From the IMG/VR virus record IMGVR_UViG_3300027836_000008: DNA of 64,000 bases. One strand, given 5' to 3'. The notes beneath the pieces are model-generated. The model was not told the DNA's origin. It made no database searches and saw nothing but the letters and a program-made list of their open reading frames with translations. Position 1 is the stretch's first letter; the number at the start of each line of letters is the position of its first letter. Source of the stretch: a virus. Positions 1 to 8,856 of this stretch are shown here, piece after piece. Made by a program: the position numbers and the translations under genes.

Positions 1-513
1 TGACAAGAACCCTTCACTCATGTATGAGTCTGTGTCAATAACTCCTGGCACAATCTCAAATGGTTGGTGATCTTGATGCATGGGCTTCATGAAAAGGGCA
101 CTATAGCCCTCTGATGTCTTTATAGACCACATTGGATTAATGCGTAAAACATCTTTGTGTATATTTGGTGGCATTGGATAATGTGTTACCTGCTCTGGAG
201 AGTGAGTTGTAAATAATTCCTTTTTTAATCCAGCAATCGCAATCGGAATATTATACTCAAGTTTTCCAGGATCAGTTGCATCTACATAAATGTCAACTGG
301 GCAATACAAAGTATATCCTGCAGTCATAGCATCAAAGACTGGCATACATTTCTTAATAGTAGACCCAGATATACCCTTCTTTAAAAACTCTTCCTTGTTG
401 ACATACGCTGGCTGCTTTCTATACCATTCTGGAACATTTCTATGTGTTGGCGTTGGCCTATCAATTAGACCTTCAGCATCATCGCTCCATGGATGAAACT
501 CTATATTTGGCAT
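1..513 (-). CDS. Conserved phage hypothetical protein (PEWY...KCMP.FDAM family), runs off the left edge
   Basis: Read by hand, not in ORF track. ATG at 513: MPNIEFHPWSDD...VPEWYRKQP...TIKKCMPVFDAMTAGY; open to position 1. Confidence 0.8.
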   Translation of the reverse strand, partial: MPNIEFHPWSDDAEGLIDRPTPTHRNVPEWYRKQPAYVNKEEFLKKGISGSTIKKCMPVFDAMTAGYTLYCPVDIYVDATDPGKLEYNIPIAIAGLKKELFTTHSPEQVTHYPMPPNIHKDVLRINPMWSIKTSEGYSALFMKPMHQDHQPFEIVPGVIDTDSYMSEGFLS

Positions 514-525
514 ATTATTACTATC

Positions 526-1191
526 CTATCTACTGTTGTACTTATGATAAAACTCAAGAAGTCTTTCATACTCTGTATGACTCAACTTAATCTTAATATC
601 ATAGATCGGTGTACCTATACTAATTTTACCATGCCCTGGATCTACCATGTGATCCCCGCTTTTTTTAATAAGAAAATGGACAAAGTTAGGCTCTATAATT
701 GTGGCATTTGTTTCAACCCTATTAAGTTTTGTTGGTTTAATTACAAATGGAGTATATTCATCTTCTACCTGCAAAACCTCATACTCTCTTTCTAGGTCTA
801 TGAACCATGGAGAGTATGCTTTATGGACAACTAAAAAGCAGTCGTCTATCTTAAATTTTTCTACTGATGGATAAAATTGTCTAATCCATGGCCTATCTAA
901 AAAGTATAAGCCATCCTTGTAGTTTTTTCTAATTAGAATTTCAGCGTGGGTTCTTTGCCTTAAATATGCATAGCCATCTTCATACTTCACTAGGTCTGGG
1001 GCTTTATATAAATGATAAGCATAGTCATTTACTGGCTTTAAGATTGAGTTTTTGACTAGATCATTTGACAGAACATACTGATACTCAACGTAAAGTCTTC
1101 TGCAATTACTCCCATTAACTATTTCAGAAAATGAAAGATCTACAGAGTTTACCCAGAAATCAGAGGCCCTAGGACTTCTATCCCCACGCAT
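526..1191 (-). CDS. Hypothetical protein
   Basis: 221-aa ORF in gene order with its minus-strand neighbours. Confidence 0.7.
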   Translation of the reverse strand: MRGDRSPRASDFWVNSVDLSFSEIVNGSNCRRLYVEYQYVLSNDLVKNSILKPVNDYAYHLYKAPDLVKYEDGYAYLRQRTHAEILIRKNYKDGLYFLDRPWIRQFYPSVEKFKIDDCFLVVHKAYSPWFIDLEREYEVLQVEDEYTPFVIKPTKLNRVETNATIIEPNFVHFLIKKSGDHMVDPGHGKISIGTPIYDIKIKLSHTEYERLLEFYHKYNSR

Positions 1192-1196
1192 TGAAA

Positions 1197-2525
1197 CTAC
1201 TTATTGTGAGTAACGATGTCGCCAGCAATAACGAGGTCTGCAGGCTCAGCACTGAATGTATAAACTACCTTTGATCCAGTAATTACATCCATGCTAGTAA
1301 TTACAACTTCTTCTGTATTACCAGTTGATGGGTTGTATTTAAATATTGAGTCTCCGACTTCAATTTCTGCGACCATTGAGAACACATGACTAGAAACGCC
1401 ATCTGTGGTTTTCTTAATCAAGATAGGGTGCTCAAGTGTGAACTGAGCAGACTCATCTCCATTAAAGCAAACTGTTTGGCTTCTAACACTTTCTTCAACG
1501 TCAACGATTGTGGTTTCTGCTCCACCCATCAGAGTCAATGATTCTGAGTTCCATGTAAATACTTCATAGTCTGGAGTAGATGGATCAATTTCTGAATAGT
1601 TTAGTGAGAATACTGTATCTCCTATGGCAATGTCTTTTGCTTGCTTAGCAATTACTTCTCCATTAGAGTTTTTAAGTGTTACCTTGCCTGTTTCAGAATC
1701 AGTGTGCTGAGTTCCCTGACCTGGCTTAATTCTGATAAATGTTTCTCCATCGATACACTTAACACCATATGCTGCTGGTGAGAATCCGAATGGTGAGAAT
1801 CCAAATACTCCAAATGGAGAGAATCCGAATGGTGAGAAACCAAATACACCGAATGGTGAGAATCCGAACACACCGAATGGGGAGAACCCAAACGGTGAGA
1901 ATCCGAATACGCCGAATGGTGCGAACGAGAATGTTGTTGTAATGCTTCCTGAAGCAGATGATGTATCCGAGTTACCATTAGCATTAGTTGCATAGACTGT
2001 ATATGTCTGTGCTGTTCCTGCTTCTTGATCAACTGTTACACCTGTTGATGTTCCAGTGCTTCCAGACTTTCCATCAGAAGATGACCAGACATAGTTAGTA
2101 ATTGATGATCCACCATTTGCTGGTGCTGACCATGATACAACGTCCTGGTTTGCATTTGGTGACGATGCACTTGGTGCACCTGGTGTTGCTGGAACTGTTG
2201 TTGCAGTAATGCTATTAGAAGCAGATGATGCTGGAGATGTTCCTGCATCATTTGTTGCAGTTACTGTAAATGTATAAGCAGTATCTGACTGTAGGCCCGT
2301 TACTGAAATTGGAGAAGAAGCACCAGTTCCAGTATACCCGCCAGGAGAAGATGTCACAGTAAACGATGTTGCTGCGTTAACTGGATCAGCAGTAAACGTT
2401 ACATCCGCCCGTCCATTATTATATGCACGTCCAGAACCAACATTTGTTGCTGTTCCGATTGTTGGAGCGTATGGTGCCAAGAAGTCATTTGCTCCTTGAC
2501 TCATTCTACCTGCTTGCTTTGACAT
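1197..2525 (-). CDS. FN3-domain virion/tail protein with F-S-P-F-G repeat and C-terminal Hint domain
   Basis: Two FN3-like units (YTFTVTATNDAGTSPAS; YTVYATNANGNS), FGFSPFGV repeats, then K|CIDGET...FTLEHPIL...IVTHNK*. Confidence 0.85.
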   Translation of the reverse strand: MSKQAGRMSQGANDFLAPYAPTIGTATNVGSGRAYNNGRADVTFTADPVNAATSFTVTSSPGGYTGTGASSPISVTGLQSDTAYTFTVTATNDAGTSPASSASNSITATTVPATPGAPSASSPNANQDVVSWSAPANGGSSITNYVWSSSDGKSGSTGTSTGVTVDQEAGTAQTYTVYATNANGNSDTSSASGSITTTFSFAPFGVFGFSPFGFSPFGVFGFSPFGVFGFSPFGFSPFGVFGFSPFGFSPAAYGVKCIDGETFIRIKPGQGTQHTDSETGKVTLKNSNGEVIAKQAKDIAIGDTVFSLNYSEIDPSTPDYEVFTWNSESLTLMGGAETTIVDVEESVRSQTVCFNGDESAQFTLEHPILIKKTTDGVSSHVFSMVAEIEVGDSIFKYNPSTGNTEEVVITSMDVITGSKVVYTFSAEPADLVIAGDIVTHNK

Positions 2526-2549
2526 ATTATTCCCCTTTGTTTTTCTAAA

Positions 2550-4319
2550 TTATGCTGATAGGTCTCCGAAGACCAACCATCCGCTTGCTGTTTTCATTGC
2601 TGTGACAACTGAGTTAGTTGTTCTGAACTTAAGTCCTGGTGTTCCTACAACGCTGTTGGTTGAAGCAAATGATGCTCCAGTACCTGAAGCCTGGTAGAAG
2701 TCAATTGACTGTCCAGTTGAGTAACCTGTTGCAGGAAGAGTGATTGTGACTGCTCCAGTTAGTGGAACAAACTTATCCTGTTCTCCTGCTGCAAGTGTTG
2801 CACTAGAAGATATTGCTGTTGCAAATGTTGTGATAGAAGGAACGCCAGCATTTAACTGTGTTCCATCAGAGAATACGATTCCAGATGATGGAGTTACTGT
2901 TGTTGCTTCAAAAGCGCCAACCTTAAGTGCGTCAAGCGATCCCTGTGTAAAGTTAATTGTAGTTGTTGGCTCATCTGTTACACCCTTAAACAACTTCCAC
3001 TTTCCATCAGAAGAATCTTTTGCAAGACCCTGATGAGCATAAGTTCCATCATTGTAAGAACCTACAAAACCAAGATCTACTAGGTTGGCGTTATTTCCTT
3101 CACCTAGGTAGATTAGTGGATCTGATGTTGTAAAGTTTGTAGTATTAACAGTTGTAGTTGTTCCAGAAACTGTTAGGTTTCCGTCAACAGTAAAGTTTGT
3201 TTCTACTGTAACATCTCCTGTAAATGTTGCTCCTGCAAGAGAAGCCTTTGCATCAAGTGCTGTTTGTGTAGCAGTTGAAACTGGCTTATCTGCGTCAGAT
3301 GTATTGTCAACATTTGCAAGGCCTACTGAAGACTTTGTAAGTGCTGCTACTGCTGTTGCAATCTTTGTATCTGCTGCTGTACCTGCTGCTGTGATTGCAT
3401 CTGCTTCTGCTGTATCAGCATAAGACTTTGTTGCAAGGGCTGCAGTATCTGAGATACCATGTACGTTTGTTGTAACAGCATTGTGATCAGATACCGCTGT
3501 TGAAACGCCTGAAGTTGTTGCAAGGTTTGCAGTGTTTGCAATTCCGTGTACGTTTGTTGTATCGTCATTGTGTGCTGTAATCTTTGTATCTGCAGTTGCA
3601 GCAGCATTAGTTTCTGCTGATGACTGAGCAGTTGCTGCTTGAGTCTCTGCATAATCCTTTGTTGCAAGTTCTGCAGTATCTGTAATTCCATGGACACCAA
3701 GTGTGTCAGCGATATGATCTGTAACTGAAGATGAAAGTGTAGAAATATCACCTGTTATATCAGTCAATGAAGTTGTGTGGTTTCCAACAGTTCCTTCTAA
3801 AGAAGTAATGTCTGTTTGAGCCGCACCAAGATCTGTCTGAATGTTAGAAATATCTGTTCCTAGTTCATTAGCAACAGTATCAAGTTGTGCTATATTTGAA
3901 ATCAAAGTTCCAGCAATGCTTGAACCATCACCGATAAGTGTTGCGATTTCATTCAAAGTGTCAAGTGCTGCTGGTGCACCACCGACTAGGTCAGCAACTG
4001 CTGCTGAAACTGCTGATTCAATTTCTGAGTCAAGACCAACGAGTGCTGGAATCTGTGATGAAGGAATCTTTCCTGTTCCATCAAGTTGGGCTACACCATT
4101 TATTGCACCCTTTTGTGTTGCCAAGATGTAATCATCAAGTGATCCACCAAGGTCTTCTAAGTTCTTAAAGTAGGAGAGATCTGACCATGCGTTAACGCCA
4201 TCACCAATTTTAAACTGGTTGGTATCTGTTTCAAATCCAATTTCTCCTGCTGCCAAAATTGGGTCTGCGTCAGTCCATTGCTGTGCAGTACCTCTGCGCT
4301 GTTGCATTCTAGTTGCCAT
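2550..4319 (-). CDS. Tail fibre protein with Mtd_N/hyaluronidase-type N-terminus
   Basis: MATRMQQRRGTAQQWT...LAAGEIGFETDTNQFKIGDG; APAALDTLNEIA motif; coiled coil; three VHGI.(D/N)TA.LAT repeats. Confidence 0.85.
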   Translation of the reverse strand: MATRMQQRRGTAQQWTDADPILAAGEIGFETDTNQFKIGDGVNAWSDLSYFKNLEDLGGSLDDYILATQKGAINGVAQLDGTGKIPSSQIPALVGLDSEIESAVSAAVADLVGGAPAALDTLNEIATLIGDGSSIAGTLISNIAQLDTVANELGTDISNIQTDLGAAQTDITSLEGTVGNHTTSLTDITGDISTLSSSVTDHIADTLGVHGITDTAELATKDYAETQAATAQSSAETNAAATADTKITAHNDDTTNVHGIANTANLATTSGVSTAVSDHNAVTTNVHGISDTAALATKSYADTAEADAITAAGTAADTKIATAVAALTKSSVGLANVDNTSDADKPVSTATQTALDAKASLAGATFTGDVTVETNFTVDGNLTVSGTTTTVNTTNFTTSDPLIYLGEGNNANLVDLGFVGSYNDGTYAHQGLAKDSSDGKWKLFKGVTDEPTTTINFTQGSLDALKVGAFEATTVTPSSGIVFSDGTQLNAGVPSITTFATAISSSATLAAGEQDKFVPLTGAVTITLPATGYSTGQSIDFYQASGTGASFASTNSVVGTPGLKFRTTNSVVTAMKTASGWLVFGDLSA

Positions 4320-4374
4320 TTTATATTCTCCTTATGGGGGCTGCCCAATTACTTATCTTATTATAACATCAATT

Positions 4375-4824
4375 TTAATTGAAATTATCTACTACTGAAC
4401 CACCGTCAAGTGTGAGAGCAAAAGTTGTTGTACTTGGGCCTCCACCATCGACTGCTGTTCCTTGTGGACTGTTAAAACTTCCGCCTTCACGGAATGTTGA
4501 AACAATAAACCCAGTGCCATCAATTGCTGTATCGTGAATGTGCTGTGGCAAATTCAATGTATCATCAATTGTTGCTTGTGTGTACCATGATCCTTCATAA
4601 TAGAAATTTACTCTATTTGTTAGAGTATCTAACCATTGTGTACCATTAGTTGGTGAAGAAGGAGCAGTTGTGCCTACAGCCATAGATCTTGCATCTACAT
4701 ACTCCTTGGTTGTTGCATGCTCTGCAAGAGTTGGTGCTCCTACTGTTACTGCATCTCCGAATATACCGCCGTTAGTTACGACTAGTCCATTCTTGACCTT
4801 GAAGTCTTTATCTACTGTTGCCAT
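4375..4824 (-). CDS. Tail-associated structural protein
   Basis: Shares the MATV.KDFK.K.GLVV start with the next ORF; TAPSSPTNGTQWLDT fibre motif. Confidence 0.7.
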   Translation of the reverse strand: MATVDKDFKVKNGLVVTNGGIFGDAVTVGAPTLAEHATTKEYVDARSMAVGTTAPSSPTNGTQWLDTLTNRVNFYYEGSWYTQATIDDTLNLPQHIHDTAIDGTGFIVSTFREGGSFNSPQGTAVDGGGPSTTTFALTLDGGSVVDNFN

Positions 4825-4859
4825 TTACTACTCCTTCTTCCAACTATTTTTATTTTTTG

Positions 4860-6521
4860 TTACGCAATAAGTGTTCCGAGAACAGTAACTGTTGAGTTAT
4901 TGTTAACAGTTGTTACACGAAGTCTTGCATCTGTACCTGAAATATCTGCTGATACTGTAGATGCTGAACCATTGGTTGTAACATTTCCGTATTCAGTGAT
5001 TGCGATATTATCGTTGACATCAAGTGTCATAAGTACCTTTGAGATTTCTGTGTGATCTCCGTATGCTACCTTAACTACGAACTCTGCTGAACGGTAGTCA
5101 GCCTTAGCCCATGAGATTCCTGTAGCAATACCTGCTGTTGCAACAGTTACCTGGTTTGCAACCTGCTTTGTAAGGTTATTGATGATTACTGCATTTGGAT
5201 AAATATCTGCTGCAGATACTGCATCAATTGCTCTTTCATCTGTGAAGTAAAGGTTTCCTGTACCTTCCGCAAGATCGTCAGTGTCAGAATCTGCTACACC
5301 GTTTTCTGCGGTAATAGTAAGTCCTGCACCTGTTCCTGTGATTGTGATGTTTGTAAGTGAAGCACCAGTCAAAAGATCTGCTGCTGATGTCTTAGCACGA
5401 GAATCTGTGAAGTAAAGATTTGTTGAACCCTCTTCAATGTCATCTGTGTCAAGAAGATCGATCTGGTCTCCAATTGTTCCACCAACAGCGTCAATTGCTC
5501 GCTGGTTTGTGAAGTAGAGATTTGTTGTGCCTTCTGCTACATCGTCTGTGTCAAGAGCATCTGCATAATCCTTTGCATTCTGCTCTGCAGTTGCTGCTGA
5601 ACCTGCTGCATCATATGCTGCTGAGGTAGCATCAAGTGCTCTTTGGTTTGTGAAGTATAGGCGTGAAGCATCTTCTGCTACATCTGCTGTATCAAGACCA
5701 GTTACAGAAATTGTTGCTCCTGTAATGTCAATGTTTGATCCTGCAGTTAATGTATCCTGCTTGCCTGCTGCAACATTTTCAAGATCAGCAATGATATCTG
5801 GATTGTTCTCAAGGGCTGTTGCCAACTCTTGAATTGTATCTAGAACTGCTGGAGCAGAGCCAACTAGGTCTGCTACTGCTGCATCTGCATAATCCTGTGC
5901 TGCTGTCTGAGCAACGCTAATTTCTGTGCCTGTCTTGTATGCTGACCAAACCTCTGTTGAAAGGTTAGAAGCATCATTGATTAATCCATCTGCATAGTCT
6001 TCTGCATTTGATTGTGCTGTTGAAGCAGAGCCTGCTGGGTCATATGCTGATGAAGTTGCGTCAAGCGCTCTCTGATTTGTGAAGTAGAGGTTTGTACCTT
6101 CTTCAATATCTGATGTTGTGAGTGCATTAATCGCATTTGTAGCAAATGTTTCTGCTGCTGTCTGTGCATCTGATGCTGATCCTGCTGCATCGTACGCAGA
6201 GTTGGTTGCATCAAGTGCTCTCTGGCTTGTGAAGTATTGGTTTGTTCCTTCTTCAATGTCTGAAGTAGTAAGAGCATCGATTGCTGTTGTGATGTCTCCA
6301 TCTCTTGCAATGTCTGAACCTGCAGCAATTGTAAGGTTACCAGCAGTTACTGTAAAGTCATTTGCATCAACAGAGTTGATAAGTGTTTCTCCACCAATAA
6401 GGTCGAGAATGTATGCATCTCCTGCACCCTCTGTAAGGATGTTCTCTCCGTTGATTGTACCTGTTGCACCCTCAACGACGAGTCCTTGCTTAATCTTAAA
6501 ATCTTTATTTACTGTTGCCAT
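4860..6521 (-). CDS. Tail fibre-like repeat protein
   Basis: Six T.D(I/V/L).E...LYFT..RA repeats; APAVLDTIQELA motif. Confidence 0.8.
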   Translation of the reverse strand: MATVNKDFKIKQGLVVEGATGTINGENILTEGAGDAYILDLIGGETLINSVDANDFTVTAGNLTIAAGSDIARDGDITTAIDALTTSDIEEGTNQYFTSQRALDATNSAYDAAGSASDAQTAAETFATNAINALTTSDIEEGTNLYFTNQRALDATSSAYDPAGSASTAQSNAEDYADGLINDASNLSTEVWSAYKTGTEISVAQTAAQDYADAAVADLVGSAPAVLDTIQELATALENNPDIIADLENVAAGKQDTLTAGSNIDITGATISVTGLDTADVAEDASRLYFTNQRALDATSAAYDAAGSAATAEQNAKDYADALDTDDVAEGTTNLYFTNQRAIDAVGGTIGDQIDLLDTDDIEEGSTNLYFTDSRAKTSAADLLTGASLTNITITGTGAGLTITAENGVADSDTDDLAEGTGNLYFTDERAIDAVSAADIYPNAVIINNLTKQVANQVTVATAGIATGISWAKADYRSAEFVVKVAYGDHTEISKVLMTLDVNDNIAITEYGNVTTNGSASTVSADISGTDARLRVTTVNNNSTVTVLGTLIA

Positions 6522-6539
6522 TTTTTATATCTCCTTTTA

Positions 6540-6986
6540 TTATGCCTTAAGTCCCATACGTGCGAAACGTACAGTGACTGGCTTGATCGCAGAATCTGGA
6601 GTGACTGTTAAAGCCACGGTATTTCCAGTGCGAGAGACATCAATGGTGCCAATATTCCCATCATTGTCGATAGTGCCGTACTCGCTGACGTTTACATTTG
6701 TACCGTCAACAAGAATTGTTAATTCAGTTGCGTAGAACTTATTGTCCCCTGCTGTGGTCTTTGATATTGAAACAATATACTTGACCATACGCCAAACTGT
6801 AGCGTCAAAGTTATCAATAACAGTTACGTTCTCAATACCATTGATTGTATTTTCGTTATTACCCGCTGATCCCAAATCTGTTGATTGGGAAGAAAGGGTA
6901 TCGATTAAATCTACATAATTTTCTTGAGTAGGTCTATCACCTGTTTGGAATAGACTCTTAACTCCTGGAATTGATATTTTAGCCAT
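6540..6986 (-). CDS. Virion structural protein
   Basis: C-terminal domain resembles the C-terminus of 4860..6521 (K(Y/F)IV.I/V...SE...YG); leaderless promoter upstream. Confidence 0.65.
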   Translation of the reverse strand: MAKISIPGVKSLFQTGDRPTQENYVDLIDTLSSQSTDLGSAGNNENTINGIENVTVIDNFDATVWRMVKYIVSISKTTAGDNKFYATELTILVDGTNVNVSEYGTIDNDGNIGTIDVSRTGNTVALTVTPDSAIKPVTVRFARMGLKA

Positions 6987-7019
6987 GTGGTAATTATAAC
7001 ATGCTTTTAATTAGATTAA

Positions 7020-7244
7020 TTAAAGAATATAGTTGCTGTAGCCAATAACCTGTAGTGGAATTGCTGGGGTATTTCCTAAGCCCAGTGCTTGCACCTGTAT
7101 TGTTGTAAATTTAACCCTAAAAGGCAAAACATCGCTTACAACTGTGTTTCTTGTAAAGTCTTTTACCTTAACCAATGGATAATCTATTGGAAAAATTCTT
7201 TTTGTTTTATTGTTTAGTTCATCAAGTATTAATGCTGTTGCCAT
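7020..7244 (-). CDS. Hypothetical structural-module protein
   Basis: 74 aa; stop/start overlap with 7244..7654. Confidence 0.65.
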   Translation of the reverse strand: MATALILDELNNKTKRIFPIDYPLVKVKDFTRNTVVSDVLPFRVKFTTIQVQALGLGNTPAIPLQVIGYSNYIL

Positions 7245-7654
7245 TAATCTGTTACATCTTCAAGAATCTTCATGCTGCCCTGACAAACTGTCCAAACTCT
7301 TGTAGGGTCTGTCAATTGAATATCAAAGATGTCTCCTGTTTGTAAGACATTAGATTCTTCTGCTGTAAGCCAAACTGTAAACTCTCCAACTAAGTCATCT
7401 TCATCTGCTGCTGGAGTTAAAGCCATAATTGTTACTGCATCATCTGTAATTATCCCAGGGGTTGAATTAGGTCTCTTAATCTTCATGGAAATGACCCACT
7501 CAGATCCCTCGCCTTTTAGGACAAGCGGTGCCTTAGCATCATCTGTTACATAAACCTTAAAGCCAGATGTGTCACCACGAACCACAGTCCAAATAACTGT
7601 TGGTGGCTTATTTCCAATATCATATGATCCTGACGATCCACGTGTTGTTGCCAT
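7244..7654 (-). CDS. Baseplate/tail adaptor-like protein (BppU-N-like)
   Basis: W.VVRGDT...FDIQL...VWTV.QG pattern, shared with 16965..17327 and 20230..20607. Confidence 0.55.
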   Translation of the reverse strand: MATTRGSSGSYDIGNKPPTVIWTVVRGDTSGFKVYVTDDAKAPLVLKGEGSEWVISMKIKRPNSTPGIITDDAVTIMALTPAADEDDLVGEFTVWLTAEESNVLQTGDIFDIQLTDPTRVWTVCQGSMKILEDVTD

Positions 7655-7673
7655 TATTAGATTATACCATTCA

Positions 7674-8180
7674 TTAGGATAGACCAGCCTTGAGTGCTCC
7701 CCAAGTTCCGTTTCCTTTTGCCTCTACAATAATTATTCCGTCTACCGCTGCATGTGCAACTATGCCAACTGCTCCATTTGCTGCAACATCGGATAGCCCA
7801 CCTTCTGATCCAACATAAAGAACATCTCCATTTGTAAAAGCAGATGTATTGATACTTTCCATCACACCAGCAACAACGCAAATGCCTTGCTCTTCATCTT
7901 CCAGTTCTTGCTTGAGCAAACCTAAAATTGGTGAAGATGTTGTTGAGATGCATTTATCAACAGTTGTAGTGGTTGAGTATCCATTTGCATAAACAGGAGT
8001 TCCTGCTGGAAGGGTCTCACCGCTGGCATTAATTACAGAAATTTGAAATGCAGAAATGCCAAGTGGTGGCAAAACAATCTTAAGTCTGTCTGCTAGGGCT
8101 TTAATATCACCATGAACATTAACAGGATCAGTTGATTCTGGGAAAGGTAGGTTTAAAACACCATCATTAGTTGTTGCCAT
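7674..8180 (-). CDS. Virion structural protein
   Basis: LPAGTPVY...ILGLL...GDVLYV..GG pattern typical of capsid-cement/fibre domains. Confidence 0.55.
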   Translation of the reverse strand: MATTNDGVLNLPFPESTDPVNVHGDIKALADRLKIVLPPLGISAFQISVINASGETLPAGTPVYANGYSTTTTVDKCISTTSSPILGLLKQELEDEEQGICVVAGVMESINTSAFTNGDVLYVGSEGGLSDVAANGAVGIVAHAAVDGIIIVEAKGNGTWGALKAGLS

Positions 8181-8207
8181 AATAAATTAATTATACCACG
8201 CTTAAAC

Positions 8208-8236
8208 TTGACTTTAGGGGCAAAAGTGGGTAAAAT
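8208..8236 (+). promoter_or_regulatory. Sigma-70-type promoter of the transglycosylase gene
   Basis: TTGACT (8208)-17 nt-TAAAAT (8231). Confidence 0.7.
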
Positions 8237-8268
8237 TATGTTATACTTATCAGTAGACACCTACCAAG

Positions 8269-8856
8269 GTGTTATTGTTTTCTAAGGAGGAAACTATGAT
8301 GAACGAGAAGTTAAAAGAACAAGTAATCATTGGAATACTTACGGTGACTGGCATGTTTGCCGTTTTTTCAAATAATGCTAATGCAGTAACGGTTACACCA
8401 AATAGTAAAAGTGAACAGGTGCAGCCTACGATAGCCCCTTCTGGGGCTTTTTTGGTTTCTAAGACTGCAAATCTTAGCAAACTTACAAAGTATGTTAGCC
8501 ATGACTCATTGACAGATAAAGAACTCAAGGATCTGCTATATCAAGTTGGTTTTAGAGGAAAAGATCTGACAGAGGCTTGGGCTGTAGCCAAGAAGGAAAG
8601 CAATGGTCGTCCATATGCTTTTAACAAAAATGGCAAAACTGGAGATAAGTCTTATGGCATATTTCAAATCAACATGATTAGAGATCTTGGACCAGACAGA
8701 ATTAAGAAGTTTGGACTTAGCGACAACCAAGATCTTTTTAATCCAGTCATTAATGCACAAGTCGCTTTTTGGATGTCTAAAGGTGGCCAAGACTGGTCTT
8801 CCTGGCATGGTATTACTGCCAAAACAAAAATGTGGATTAAGAAGTTTCCGCTTTAA
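8269..8856 (+). CDS. Secreted lytic transglycosylase (SLT/lysozyme-like); start probably 8287-8290 after AAGGAGG
   Basis: Signal-peptide-like N-terminus; AVAKKESNG (catalytic Glu), DKSYGIFQIN, NPVINA..A, WSSW. Confidence 0.85.
   Translation: MLLFSKEETMMNEKLKEQVIIGILTVTGMFAVFSNNANAVTVTPNSKSEQVQPTIAPSGAFLVSKTANLSKLTKYVSHDSLTDKELKDLLYQVGFRGKDLTEAWAVAKKESNGRPYAFNKNGKTGDKSYGIFQINMIRDLGPDRIKKFGLSDNQDLFNPVINAQVAFWMSKGGQDWSSWHGITAKTKMWIKKFPL

Noticed and set aside
1197-1757. True intein in the two Hint proteins
   Set aside because: His-Asn is followed by Lys-stop; there is no Cys/Ser/Thr +1 and no C-extein.
1679-2251. Gln/His/Leu-rich alternative-frame ORFs (also 3347, 5981, 14222-14953, 61466-62089)
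   Set aside because: Shadow frames of low-complexity real genes, with no RBS or promoter support.
2550-4319. Diversity-generating retroelement suggested by the Mtd_N-like domain
   Set aside because: No reverse transcriptase and no TR/VR pair with adenine-specific mismatches in the window.
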